Shown piece after piece: positions 50,501 to 57,692 of a stretch of 57,870 bases of DNA. The position numbers and the translations under genes are program-made. The DNA is from a virus (Duplodnaviria > Caudoviricetes). Numbering within the stretch: position 1 is the first letter of the stretch; each line of letters begins with the position of its first letter. The DNA lies in the IMG/VR virus record IMGVR_UViG_3300049489_000130, positions 1-57,870 of that record; one strand, given 5' to 3'. Below the pieces are notes generated by a model, which searched no databases, was not told the DNA's origin, and saw nothing but the letters and a program-made list of their open reading frames with translations.

Positions 50501-51335
50501 GTACGAAAGGGCACGTAACGATCTCCTTGGAGGGAAGCTACGGAAGTTTCTGGACGGTGCTGAAACTGATCCCAGCTCAGCTGAGGCTTTGTCGTACGCT
50601 CTCAAGATCGTCATCAACATCGTATATGGACTCACCAGCGCCAGATTCCCAAACGCATTCAAAGACAACAGAAACGTCGATAACATTGTAGCGAAGCGTG
50701 GGGCTTTGTTTATGATTGATTTGAAGCATGAGGTGCAAAAACGTGGATTTACAGTTGCGCATATCAAAACTGATTCAATCAAAATCCCTAACGCCACACC
50801 AGAAATTATTGATTTCGTCTTTGAATTCGGGCGAAAGTACGGCTATGATTTTGAGCATGAGGCAACATACGAGAAGTTCTGTCTCGTCAATGATGCAGTC
50901 TATATTGCTCGAAATGGAACCAAATGGTCGGCCGTTGGTGCTCAATTCCAGCACCCTTACGTCTACAAGACCCTCTTTACGGGGGAACCGTTAGAGTTCG
51001 ACGACTTCTGTGAGACCAAGAGCGTTACCCAGGGTACGATGTATCTCGACTTCAATGCAGACCCACTACGAAAAGTTATGGAGTTTGTTCATGTCGGGCG
51101 TACCGGAAGTTTTATTCCTGTTGTTCACGGCGGAGCTACTCTCTGGCGCATCAAAGACGACAAGAAGTACGCTGTAACTGGAACTAAAGGTTATCGCTGG
51201 GTCGAAAGGGATATGGCTATTGCTAGAGAAGGGAAGGATCAACTCGAAATTGACATGCGGTATTTCGAAGCTCTTCGGAATGCTGCTTATGAAGCAATTG
51301 ATTTCTTTGGACCATTTGAAAGGTTTGTTTCTTAA
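47586..51335 (+). CDS. SF3 helicase - primase (AEP-like) - 3'-5' exonuclease - family B DNA polymerase fusion
   Basis: GPAGSGKST; VIDFD and SKSGAGIHLH; DVEVY, GFNNRRYD, YCSND; LDVASMHP, KIVINIVYG, KTDS; GTG start. Confidence 0.88.
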   Translation: MDFYQIIVKEKKEGLPQISPDWTVGRSSDLMVRGRSFYAIWDEAKGLWSTDEYDVQRLVDEDLHRYNQEHGKAYQIMNMKSFSTQSWSTFRKFMQNISDNSHQLDEKLVFANTDVKKTDYASRRLPYALEPGTCDAWDELLGVLYSEEERTKIEWAIGSVVSGDSKKIQKFFVFYGPAGSGKSTVLNIIQQLFDGYVSTFDAKALGSNNNAFATEVFRSNPLVAIQHDGDLSKIDDNTKLNSIISHEEMTMNEKYKSSYMARVNAILFMGTNQPVKISDAKSGIIRRLIDIHPTGAKIEADRYHALMRQIEFELGAIAHKCLDRYRELGKNYYNSYRPLEMMLQTDVFYNFIEGYYDVFKKQDGVTLKQAYEMYKEFGLETGLPRLLPQYKFREELRNYFDRFEDRKELGGVIVHSYYSGFKPLTPPNPFKPDETYVVDFNIEESLFDKLYPDLPAQYARASGYPGRKWESVTTTLSDLNTKKLHFVKVPENHIVIDFDLVDENGEKDLAKNIEEASKWPPTYAELSKSGAGIHLHYFYGGNVHELAQIFDVGIEVKTLLGDSSLRRKVTKCNALEIATLTSGLPIKEQPMLDTKTIQSEKALRELIERNLRKEIHPGTKSSVDFIQKILDEAYESDMPYDVRDMRSTVLAFAAGSTNQAATAIKTVQKMHFVSDDAMTPPEHSETKPLVFFDVEVYPNLFVVCWKYAGRDAKTGEVEVVKMINPTPAEIEPLFGMRLVGFNNRRYDNHILYGRFLGYSVEELYKLSQKIINGNGQSGLFGEAYNLSYTDIYDFSSKKQGLKKFEIELGIHHMELDLPWDEPVPEEKWPLVVEYCSNDVVATEAVFDDRKQDFVAREILADLSGLSVNHTTQQHTAQIIFDGEKNPQSSFIYTDLSTIFDGYTFDGKESIYRGEVTGEGGYVYAEPGMYENVALLDVASMHPTSIEALNLFGPYTSNFSALKDARMAIKHKEYERARNDLLGGKLRKFLDGAETDPSSAEALSYALKIVINIVYGLTSARFPNAFKDNRNVDNIVAKRGALFMIDLKHEVQKRGFTVAHIKTDSIKIPNATPEIIDFVFEFGRKYGYDFEHEATYEKFCLVNDAVYIARNGTKWSAVGAQFQHPYVYKTLFTGEPLEFDDFCETKSVTQGTMYLDFNADPLRKVMEFVHVGRTGSFIPVVHGGATLWRIKDDKKYAVTGTKGYRWVERDMAIAREGKDQLEIDMRYFEALRNAAYEAIDFFGPFERFVS

Positions 51336-51574
51336 TGCATGAGATTACCGTTAAATTCGACAGGTATAAACTTAATGAAGTCACCTGTACGTGTGGTTAT
51401 AAGCAATATTTTGATGACGGTGTGAAAACAAGGTATGCGGCAGACATTCATGCAAAACGTAATACACCCGCAGCCTTGACGTATTTTGATAATGGTGTGA
51501 AAACACAACCCCCAAGTCGTACGGCCAAGCCCGGTCGTCACGATGGTTATTCCCAAGGCGCATACGCGCAGTAA
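51335..51574 (+). CDS. Hypothetical protein
   Basis: ORF overlapping the polymerase stop; CTCG and an internal YFDxGVKT duplication. Confidence 0.5.
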   Translation: MHEITVKFDRYKLNEVTCTCGYKQYFDDGVKTRYAADIHAKRNTPAALTYFDNGVKTQPPSRTAKPGRHDGYSQGAYAQ

Positions 51575-51587
51575 CGAGAGGTATATT

Positions 51588-52046
51588 ATGTCAGATAAAC
51601 CAGCCACATTTATGGTTGAAGACGCGAAGATCATTTTCCGAAACTTTGCTGGAAGAGAAGATCAGTACAACCGAGAAGGTGACCGTAACTTTGCAGTCGT
51701 CTTGCCTGACGATGTTGCAGAACAGATGCTCAAGGACGGATGGAACGTCAAGTATCTAGAGGCTCGCGAAGAAGGAGACGTGCCGACAGCTTATATTTCT
51801 GTTGCCGTCAACTTCAAAAACCGACCTCCTCGAGTTGTCATGCTTACCTCACGAGCGCGAACTGCCATCCATGAAGATACAATTGAGGTTCTTGACTGGG
51901 CCGAAATCGCTAAGGCCGACTTGATCGCCACGGCATACACCTGGACTGTGAACGGTAAGAGTGGTGTAAAGGCGTATCTGAAGTCTCTCTTTGTCACCAT
52001 CGAAGAGGATGAGCTCGAGCGAAAGTACGCTATCGAGGATGAGTGA
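51588..52046 (+). CDS. Probable single-stranded DNA-binding protein
   Basis: FRNFAG, RNF and KAYL motifs, acidic tail, directly after the polymerase. Confidence 0.65.
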   Translation: MSDKPATFMVEDAKIIFRNFAGREDQYNREGDRNFAVVLPDDVAEQMLKDGWNVKYLEAREEGDVPTAYISVAVNFKNRPPRVVMLTSRARTAIHEDTIEVLDWAEIAKADLIATAYTWTVNGKSGVKAYLKSLFVTIEEDELERKYAIEDE

Positions 52047-52215
52047 ACCAACTAAGAAGGAAAAGCGTCGGGCAAATCTTCTCGATGACTACTGGTTCAA
52101 GTTGTATGGCGACCCAAAAAAGCCTAAGTCAAACACCAGGAACTGGCGGAAGCATATGAAGAACCCAGCTCTCAAGCATTCTGTTACGTCTGATAAACAT
52201 CATCGAGTCGCGTAA
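52039..52215 (+). CDS. Small basic hypothetical protein
   Basis: ATG overlapping the previous gene. Confidence 0.4.
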   Translation: MSEPTKKEKRRANLLDDYWFKLYGDPKKPKSNTRNWRKHMKNPALKHSVTSDKHHRVA

Positions 52216-52299
52216 TGGAAATAGTTCTCGGCGCAATTATCATGCTGGCAGGAATTCTTGTCGGCGCAGCAATCAAGACCACAAATCAAAAGGACGATT

Positions 52300-52677
52300 A
52301 TGGAACCTGAATACGGATTTATCACTTTTAATCGAAAGCCGTTCACTGTTGAGGCGGTCCAGATTACCGAGGAAAACATTGACGCCCTTGGGCCTCTTGT
52401 CGGTTCGGTTAAGACCAGCGGAGAAGGGGAGAAATTCATTACTCTTGATCGGCGTATTGTCCCGAACGTTCGTCGGGCATATGTTGGTTGGTGGATCACC
52501 CGAATGAATGACAACCTTCGCTGTTACTCGCCGAAGATTTTCGAGGAACAGTTTGAAATTGATGAGGGGTATGTTCCGGTCAGTCACTTGGCTACGTTGG
52601 AGACACCTACCACTACCTCATCTTCTTCCCCTAATCTCACGGTGACAACCTTGATTGTCAACGATCCTGACGCATGA
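52300..52677 (+). CDS. Conserved phage protein (KPxxVEAVQ family)
   Basis: RKPFTVEAVQ, VGWWI and F...FE motifs; AAGGA RBS. Confidence 0.7.
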   Translation: MEPEYGFITFNRKPFTVEAVQITEENIDALGPLVGSVKTSGEGEKFITLDRRIVPNVRRAYVGWWITRMNDNLRCYSPKIFEEQFEIDEGYVPVSHLATLETPTTTSSSSPNLTVTTLIVNDPDA

Positions 52678-52769
52678 GCTTCTGGATGATGAGTATTGCC
52701 GCAGTCTCGCTTGTCGGGATTGGGGTATATCTGTACGCTTCTTGGCGTATGGATAACGATGTCGACTGA
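52674..52769 (+). CDS. Small single-TM protein (31 aa)
   Basis: ATGA overlap; hydrophobic. Confidence 0.45.
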   Translation: MSFWMMSIAAVSLVGIGVYLYASWRMDNDVD

Positions 52770-53272
52770 GCGACGTTAAATAGCCTTTAGGCTCAGAGCG
52801 GTAGTGGTTCCCGAATTGCGCTGTGAGCGTGGCATGGGATTAAATGACATAGAGCGAGATCATTGTCAGCCACTACATAGACTGTGAAGGACACACAGAG
52901 CGCCATTGGGGACTGCCTGAGCGGTTCCACGCGCACCAATGGTTCGGGTAAAAAACAAACCGGTTTGGAAGCTACAGGCGGCGGGATTACCTACTCGAGG
53001 AGCCCGCATTTCTGGAAGGTGAGAGCTCCGGAATATTCAAATGACAACGTAGGTTATGAAGACTGAGTCCTGAGACCAGCACCTATGTTTACCACCTATC
53101 TTGTGGAAAACTAAACAGCATGTTCACCGAAAGCTGTTGGATAATCTAAAGTCCCTGTGGTGGCAGGGCAAATACGACGGTACTGACATCCGCAATTCCC
53201 CCTCCTGCAAAAGTCAGTTAAATCAGAGATGTTCTGTCCCCCCATACAGAGGACCTCTTAGCCTAAACGCTC
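52768..53272 (+). ncRNA. Large (about 505 nt) highly structured non-coding RNA
   Basis: 5'-3' closing helix GAGCG..TTTAGGCT.AGAG / CTCT.AGCCTAAACGCTC and more than 10 internal helices in an otherwise gene-dense genome. Confidence 0.75.
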
Positions 53273-53300
53273 TACCCAATAATAATCAAAGGAGAATAAT

Positions 53301-53531
53301 ATGGATGAGACCACTGAAACTCGTAATGTTTTGTATGAAGTATTTGTTCGTTATACAGATTATCCTGCTGATCATATTAAAAATGTCGAAGCATGGCGTT
53401 TGGAAGATGAGGTTTACTTCTTCTTTGTCAAATCATTTCTCGATCCAAAGATTCCGGCCATTCAAACTTTTTGGGTAAAAAACCCAAACGTTATTTCGAT
53501 CAATATCGTTCCCGTTAAATTTGCTGATTGA
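53301..53531 (+). CDS. Hypothetical protein
   Basis: AAGGAG RBS. Confidence 0.65.
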   Translation: MDETTETRNVLYEVFVRYTDYPADHIKNVEAWRLEDEVYFFFVKSFLDPKIPAIQTFWVKNPNVISINIVPVKFAD

Positions 53532-53540
53532 GGTAATTCA

Positions 53541-53960
53541 ATGCAGACTTTCGTTCCATTTGAGAATTATGAAGACAGCGCCGAATGCCTCGATCGCCAA
53601 AGATTGGGTAAGCAGCGTGTAGAAGTACTGCAGATATACAATGCTCTTACCGGTCATTCACATGGTTGGGCTAACCATCCCGCTACTCGTATGTGGCGTG
53701 GACACGCCGGAGCTTTGTTAGATTACGGCATCATGGTTTGCCTTGTGTGGACAGCTCGAGGTTATATCGATAACACACGTGATAAGCTTCTAACGCTACG
53801 CGACAACGTGGATCTTGGCGAATCTTTTCACTACCCTCCTTGGTGGGGTGGCCCTATTCATGAATCTCATCAAGCGGCCTTAGTCCGTAAAGATCCAAAT
53901 TTCTATCGACCTATTTTTCCCGATGTGGATGATACGATCCCGTACTATTGGCCGGTATAA
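53541..53960 (+). CDS. Pyrimidine-dimer DNA glycosylase / endonuclease V-like (MSMEG_6728-type)
   Basis: MQTF, LD..RLGKQRVE..QI, HPA..MW and SHQAALVRKDP motifs. Confidence 0.85.
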   Translation: MQTFVPFENYEDSAECLDRQRLGKQRVEVLQIYNALTGHSHGWANHPATRMWRGHAGALLDYGIMVCLVWTARGYIDNTRDKLLTLRDNVDLGESFHYPPWWGGPIHESHQAALVRKDPNFYRPIFPDVDDTIPYYWPV

Positions 53961-53961
53961 C

Positions 53962-54129
53962 ATGATAAACATTTTAGTACTTATAGCTTTCATTCACGTC
54001 ATTCAAGATAATGCTCGAGCTTACGGATTTGAAGCTGGTAGACAAGGGGTTGTGAAACAAAACTTTATGTCTAGCCCGGATAACCCGTTCGTGCACAATT
54101 GGCGTCATATTTATGGATTGGATAGATGA
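53962..54129 (+). CDS. Small hypothetical protein
   Basis: Tightly packed ORF. Confidence 0.5.
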   Translation: MINILVLIAFIHVIQDNARAYGFEAGRQGVVKQNFMSSPDNPFVHNWRHIYGLDR

Positions 54130-54326
54130 TGTCTAGTCGGCATGAAAAAGAAGACAATATTGCTGACTTAGCGCTTTGGGCAGTAATTTTCTTCGGTATT
54201 GGTAGTCTTATATTCATGAATCGTTCACCACAAAACCAGGGGGGCTTCTTGATTGCTGGAACAATTTCCTTTGTTACTGCTATCGTATTCGTGTTTCTTA
54301 TCTTTCTGAGTAGAGACGATCGATGA
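54126..54326 (+). CDS. Two-TM membrane protein
   Basis: Two hydrophobic segments; ATGA overlaps. Confidence 0.6.
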   Translation: MMSSRHEKEDNIADLALWAVIFFGIGSLIFMNRSPQNQGGFLIAGTISFVTAIVFVFLIFLSRDDR

Positions 54327-54489
54327 AATACGTTTTGATAACTGTAGCTCCTTCGGGAACGATGACAGCCAAACCCACGGACAACTACATGCAGGCGAAA
54401 GCAGAAGTCCTAGATGAGGGATGGTCTGCCTTTGTGGTAGAGGTTAAGTCGTTTCAGATAAATCGAAACCCCTATCCTGGAAGAGACTA

Positions 54490-54714
54490 ATGGATGAAGA
54501 CATTATTGAAGATCTTGCCGATGCTTTTGCGGGGCAGTTAAAATATATCGAAGAGAAATTCTTCACCCATTCCGCACTTAAAGAAGTAGTATATGATAGT
54601 ATGTATGCAGTCGCGACTGTAATAAACAATCATAACCCAACATATGATCTTCGTTACTTCTATAAGCGTGCGGGATTCCCAGAACCTTATCCGATTCATC
54701 CTATTCAGTATTGA
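54490..54714 (+). CDS. Hypothetical protein
   Basis: ORF with NP.YD..YF motif. Confidence 0.6.
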   Translation: MDEDIIEDLADAFAGQLKYIEEKFFTHSALKEVVYDSMYAVATVINNHNPTYDLRYFYKRAGFPEPYPIHPIQY

Positions 54715-54722
54715 TGGTTCTC

Positions 54723-54748
54723 CCACCTGGGCATGTGGTAAACTGCCC
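54723..54748 (+). ncRNA. H-type pseudoknot motif, copy 1
   Basis: CCAC-CTGGGCAT-GTGG-TAAAC-TGCCC. Confidence 0.5.
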
Positions 54749-54752
54749 GTTC

Positions 54753-54824
54753 GCATCTCTAGCTCAATGGAAGAGCAGTAGGCTTTTAACCTATTGGTTC
54801 TGGGTTCGAGCCCCAGGGGATGCA
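54753..54824 (+). tRNA. tRNA-Lys (UUU)
   Basis: Cloverleaf; anticodon loop CT-TTT-AA; TTCGAG T-loop; no encoded CCA. Confidence 0.92.
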
Positions 54825-54904
54825 CTCATATGAAAGGAGAGTGGTGTCACCATGCCCTAACTTAAAGGTAATGCGCATAACTAAAGAGAGCACATGCATG
54901 ATTG

Positions 54905-54937
54905 CGATCCTGGGTATGATCGACTAAAAAACTGCCC
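54905..54937 (+). ncRNA. H-type pseudoknot motif, copy 2
   Basis: CGATC-CTGGGTAT-GATCG-ACTAAAAAAC-TGCCC. Confidence 0.5.
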
Positions 54938-54969
54938 ACCCCATAATCACATTTATCAAAGGAGTAGTA

Positions 54970-55173
54970 ATGTACGTGTTTACTTGCAACGATTTCGAAG
55001 GTTTTTATCCGGTTGGGACGGCCGCGGTGGTTGTTGCCAATAATGAGGAAGAAGCCAAAAAGATGCTCATTGACGAATTGGATAAGCGCGGTCTCCCGCA
55101 GACAGACCCGACCTTGACTTTTGTCCACACGTTGTCCCCCTCGGTACATATTCTCTGCGATGGGAACTACTGA
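54970..55173 (+). CDS. Hypothetical protein
   Basis: AAGGAG RBS; VVANNEEEA motif. Confidence 0.7.
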   Translation: MYVFTCNDFEGFYPVGTAAVVVANNEEEAKKMLIDELDKRGLPQTDPTLTFVHTLSPSVHILCDGNY

Positions 55174-55520
55174 TGGACATCACATGTAAATTCTGTGGCA
55201 CAAAACACGAGCACGTTGAGGGTGGACCAGACGCAAGGATCACATGTCAATGTGGTCGTGAACTGACCGGCGTATTCTCTATGAGCACAAACAAGCTGGT
55301 AGAAGATGTAAGCCGCGCGTTCCGACGTGGCCTTCTTCGATCCTTCTCTTCACAGGATCTTCTTGGAGAAGTGAGCGATCGTATCGATGACCAAATCAAA
55401 GCCGAAGAGGCTGCTAATGTAGAAAGAGAGGGGTTCATGGAACTATTGAATCATCCTACCATGACTACAGAAGAGGCTTGCCGCATCTTTCTGCAGAACA
55501 AGGGATGGGAAGTTCTATGA
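55173..55520 (+). CDS. Hypothetical protein with N-terminal zinc ribbon
   Basis: CKFC...CQCG. Confidence 0.65.
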   Translation: MDITCKFCGTKHEHVEGGPDARITCQCGRELTGVFSMSTNKLVEDVSRAFRRGLLRSFSSQDLLGEVSDRIDDQIKAEEAANVEREGFMELLNHPTMTTEEACRIFLQNKGWEVL

Positions 55521-55702
55521 TGACTCGTTGGATTGTTCACATTACGTCTATCGAAAATATGACGAACCAGACAGAAAAGATCACCGAGGTTATTGTGGTC
55601 GCGGACAACATGGGAGGTGTTCTTGACATTGTTGAGTCTATGCTCCGCAATGTCACATTGTACACCCTTATTGTAGCAATCAACATCACTAAGGAACGGT
55701 AA
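55517..55702 (+). CDS. Small hypothetical protein
   Basis: ATGA overlap. Confidence 0.5.
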   Translation: MMTRWIVHITSIENMTNQTEKITEVIVVADNMGGVLDIVESMLRNVTLYTLIVAINITKER

Positions 55703-55708
55703 GTCACA

Positions 55709-55783
55709 GCCCCCATAGCCCAACTGGCAGAGGCAATTGGCTTAAACCCGATCAAGTGCTGGGTTCGAATCCCGCTGGGGGCA
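55709..55783 (+). tRNA. tRNA-Leu (UAA), short variable arm
   Basis: GCCCCCA / TGGGGGC acceptor; loop CT-TAA-AC; TTCGAAT T-loop. Confidence 0.88.
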
Positions 55784-55787
55784 CTGG

Positions 55788-55861
55788 ACTCCCGTAGCTC
55801 AGTTGGTTAGAGCAGCATGCTTATAACATGCAGGTCGCGGGTTCAATCCCCGCCGGGGGTA
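55788..55861 (+). tRNA. tRNA-Ile (UAU)
   Basis: ACTCCCG / CGGGGGT acceptor; GCATG-CT-TAT-AA-CATGC anticodon arm. Confidence 0.88.
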
Positions 55862-55862
55862 C

Positions 55863-55890
55863 TCGCATAAGAAACATGTGTTATAATGAG
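55863..55890 (+). promoter_or_regulatory. Cassette promoter motif, copy 7
   Basis: TCGCA TAAGAA ACAT GTGT TATAAT GAG. Confidence 0.85.
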
Positions 55891-55910
55891 ACCTACCGAA
55901 AGGATTAATA

Positions 55911-56165
55911 ATGAGAAAATCAACCATCATCCTCACTACGGCAACCGCACTTTGTGTTGGAGACGCTATCGGCGTAACCAGAGCAAATCGTCGTGCGCGA
56001 AAGATCATCTCGAAGAAGAACGCCCACATTGAGGGGCTGGCACTTCGACTGCTTTCCATCATGACTCTAATGCAAAACATCACCAATGGTGTTTCCACGC
56101 AGGATGCCATTGCCCGTTTTGTTGAAGAATCGGAATTCATCGCTATTGTCACTGAAAAGATCTAA
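55911..56165 (+). CDS. Cassette 7 cargo: small protein with hydrophobic N-terminus
   Basis: CTACCGAAAGGA leader shared with cassettes 1 and 2. Confidence 0.75.
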   Translation: MRKSTIILTTATALCVGDAIGVTRANRRARKIISKKNAHIEGLALRLLSIMTLMQNITNGVSTQDAIARFVEESEFIAIVTEKI

Positions 56166-56194
56166 GGAGATCGCCCGCAAGGGCTTTCTCTTTT
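56164..56194 (+). terminator. Hairpin closing cassette 7
   Basis: AAGGAGATCGCCC-gcaa-GGGCTTTCTCTTTT. Confidence 0.75.
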
Positions 56195-56209
56195 CTTATT
56201 TGGAGGGGT

Positions 56210-56602
56210 ATGAGATCACCAAAGAAACAGAAAGAACGACGTAGAGTTCTTCGTAGGCGTCTAGAAATTCGAAGTGGTAAGACCGAGCTTGAAATAGAAT
56301 ATGCGGTATGGCGTTTGTTCATGTTAGAAGAAGGTATTAGTCCTGTTGAGATCGACCGCAGAATTGATGCTCTAGTATTCAACGCTTTGGCCTCACGACA
56401 TTCGACCGAACGAGCTTTGGAGATTACCGGGTTTTATAGACAAGAAGACGGTTATGTTTCCCCAGATGACAAAAAGTACAAACCAACTTCAGTACTCAAA
56501 GAATTAAATGGTGTAGCCAGAGCTACTGGTGAAACTGCCAAAGCTATTAAACGTGGTAAGACAATCACTAAGTGGCAATATGATGAGAGGACTAAGGAAT
56601 AA
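56210..56602 (+). CDS. Basic hypothetical protein
   Basis: GGAGG RBS. Confidence 0.6.
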   Translation: MRSPKKQKERRRVLRRRLEIRSGKTELEIEYAVWRLFMLEEGISPVEIDRRIDALVFNALASRHSTERALEITGFYRQEDGYVSPDDKKYKPTSVLKELNGVARATGETAKAIKRGKTITKWQYDERTKE

Positions 56603-56931
56603 TGAAAACATCTCTACGAAATGTAACGTCCGGAGGCATACATTACCAAGCATTAGCGTTCTGGTGTCCTGGGTGTGCATCGATGAAAGATTTGGGTAGT
56701 GGACTTCATATGCTTCCTGTGAACTCTACAGAACGTAGTCCTTCCTGGGATTTTGACGGAAATTTAGAATCACCTACATTATCGCCATCAATTTTAACTC
56801 GTTACAACGATCAGGTGTGCCATTCATTTTTAAGAAATGGTGTTTTTGAATTTCTTAGCGATTGTACACATGAATTTGCTGGGCAAAACATTCCAATTCC
56901 AGATCTACCAGAAGGTTATTTTGAGGAGTAA
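56602..56931 (+). CDS. DUF6527-like Cys/His metal-binding protein
   Basis: FWCPGC, W.FDG..PTLSPSIL, CHSF and SDCTH motifs. Confidence 0.75.
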   Translation: MKTSLRNVTSGGIHYQALAFWCPGCASMKDLGSGLHMLPVNSTERSPSWDFDGNLESPTLSPSILTRYNDQVCHSFLRNGVFEFLSDCTHEFAGQNIPIPDLPEGYFEE

Positions 56932-56933
56932 TT

Positions 56934-57218
56934 ATGGCGTGGAGCGATAATGTATCATTTGTAAGCCCCGAAAGACTAGCTGAGAAATTAGATCTACCCA
57001 TCGCCGCCGTTCATATGTGGCGTACTAACATGAACTACATGCGTTTCGGAGGGGCAATATGCATGGGGTGTGGGCGATATATTAAACCGCATTCTCATCA
57101 TTGTTGTTTTGAGGATGGTTCATATTACACAATTACTTACGATTTAATGAGAAGTACGAATATCCCATACGAACTCACAAGAGGTAATAATGAAAGCCAT
57201 AACAATCACGGAAACTAA
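56934..57218 (+). CDS. Hypothetical Cys/His protein
   Basis: GAGGAG RBS; CMGC..HHCC. Confidence 0.55.
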   Translation: MAWSDNVSFVSPERLAEKLDLPIAAVHMWRTNMNYMRFGGAICMGCGRYIKPHSHHCCFEDGSYYTITYDLMRSTNIPYELTRGNNESHNNHGN

Positions 57219-57417
57219 CAAACAGACAATCGCAACAAAGTTCTCTATCATGAATACGGATATCGAGGCTGTCTTGCCTACTGGTTATATCCTCATTACG
57301 GATTTTGGTGTGGATGAACACTTCGAGGTTCTTACTCCTGAGAGATTCGCGATCTATTTCCGGAAGACCGGTTTGAAATTGAAAAATGACTTCTACGAGA
57401 TCATGCCGAAAGTTTGA
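57190..57417 (+). CDS. Hypothetical protein
   Basis: GAGGT RBS. Confidence 0.6.
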   Translation: MKAITITETNKQTIATKFSIMNTDIEAVLPTGYILITDFGVDEHFEVLTPERFAIYFRKTGLKLKNDFYEIMPKV

Positions 57418-57421
57418 GTCA

Positions 57422-57449
57422 TCGCATATTCTACATCGGTTATAATGAA
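57422..57449 (+). promoter_or_regulatory. Cassette promoter motif, copy 8 (no cargo)
   Basis: TCGCA TATTCT ACAT CGGT TATAAT GAA. Confidence 0.8.
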
Positions 57450-57452
57450 GAT

Positions 57453-57488
57453 AAGACTAAGGCCCCTTTAACAAGGGCTTTAGTTTTT
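57453..57488 (+). terminator. Hairpin directly after promoter copy 8
   Basis: AAGACTAAGGCCC-ctttaacaa-GGGCTTTAGTTTT. Confidence 0.8.
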
Positions 57489-57515
57489 GCCATGTTATAC
57501 TAAAAAGGAGTTATC

Positions 57516-57692
57516 ATGGAAAACGGTTTTCAACCTGATTATCTAGACCACATGGTGTATGGCGCGACGCTGGCTGTACGAAAAGAATACGTTGCTGCAT
57601 GTAAGCGACTTGGTCAAACGCCAAGACAACTGTCACCTTTAATTGTCGGGATGCGAAGTGTTAGACCACTGGAGAACAATCATGACGTTTGA
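57516..57692 (+). CDS. Small hypothetical protein (58 aa)
   Basis: AAGGAG RBS; hand translated. Confidence 0.6.
   Translation: MENGFQPDYLDHMVYGATLAVRKEYVAACKRLGQTPRQLSPLIVGMRSVRPLENNHDV

Noticed and set aside
52768-53272. tmRNA, RNase P or group I intron identity for the large RNA
   Set aside because: No tRNA-like acceptor/T-arm ends, no GAGGAAAGUCC core, and it does not interrupt a gene; not formally excluded without cmscan
52884-53478. ORFs 52884-53066 and 53101-53478
   Set aside because: Weak starts, no RBS, overlap dense RNA structure and the better ORF at 53301
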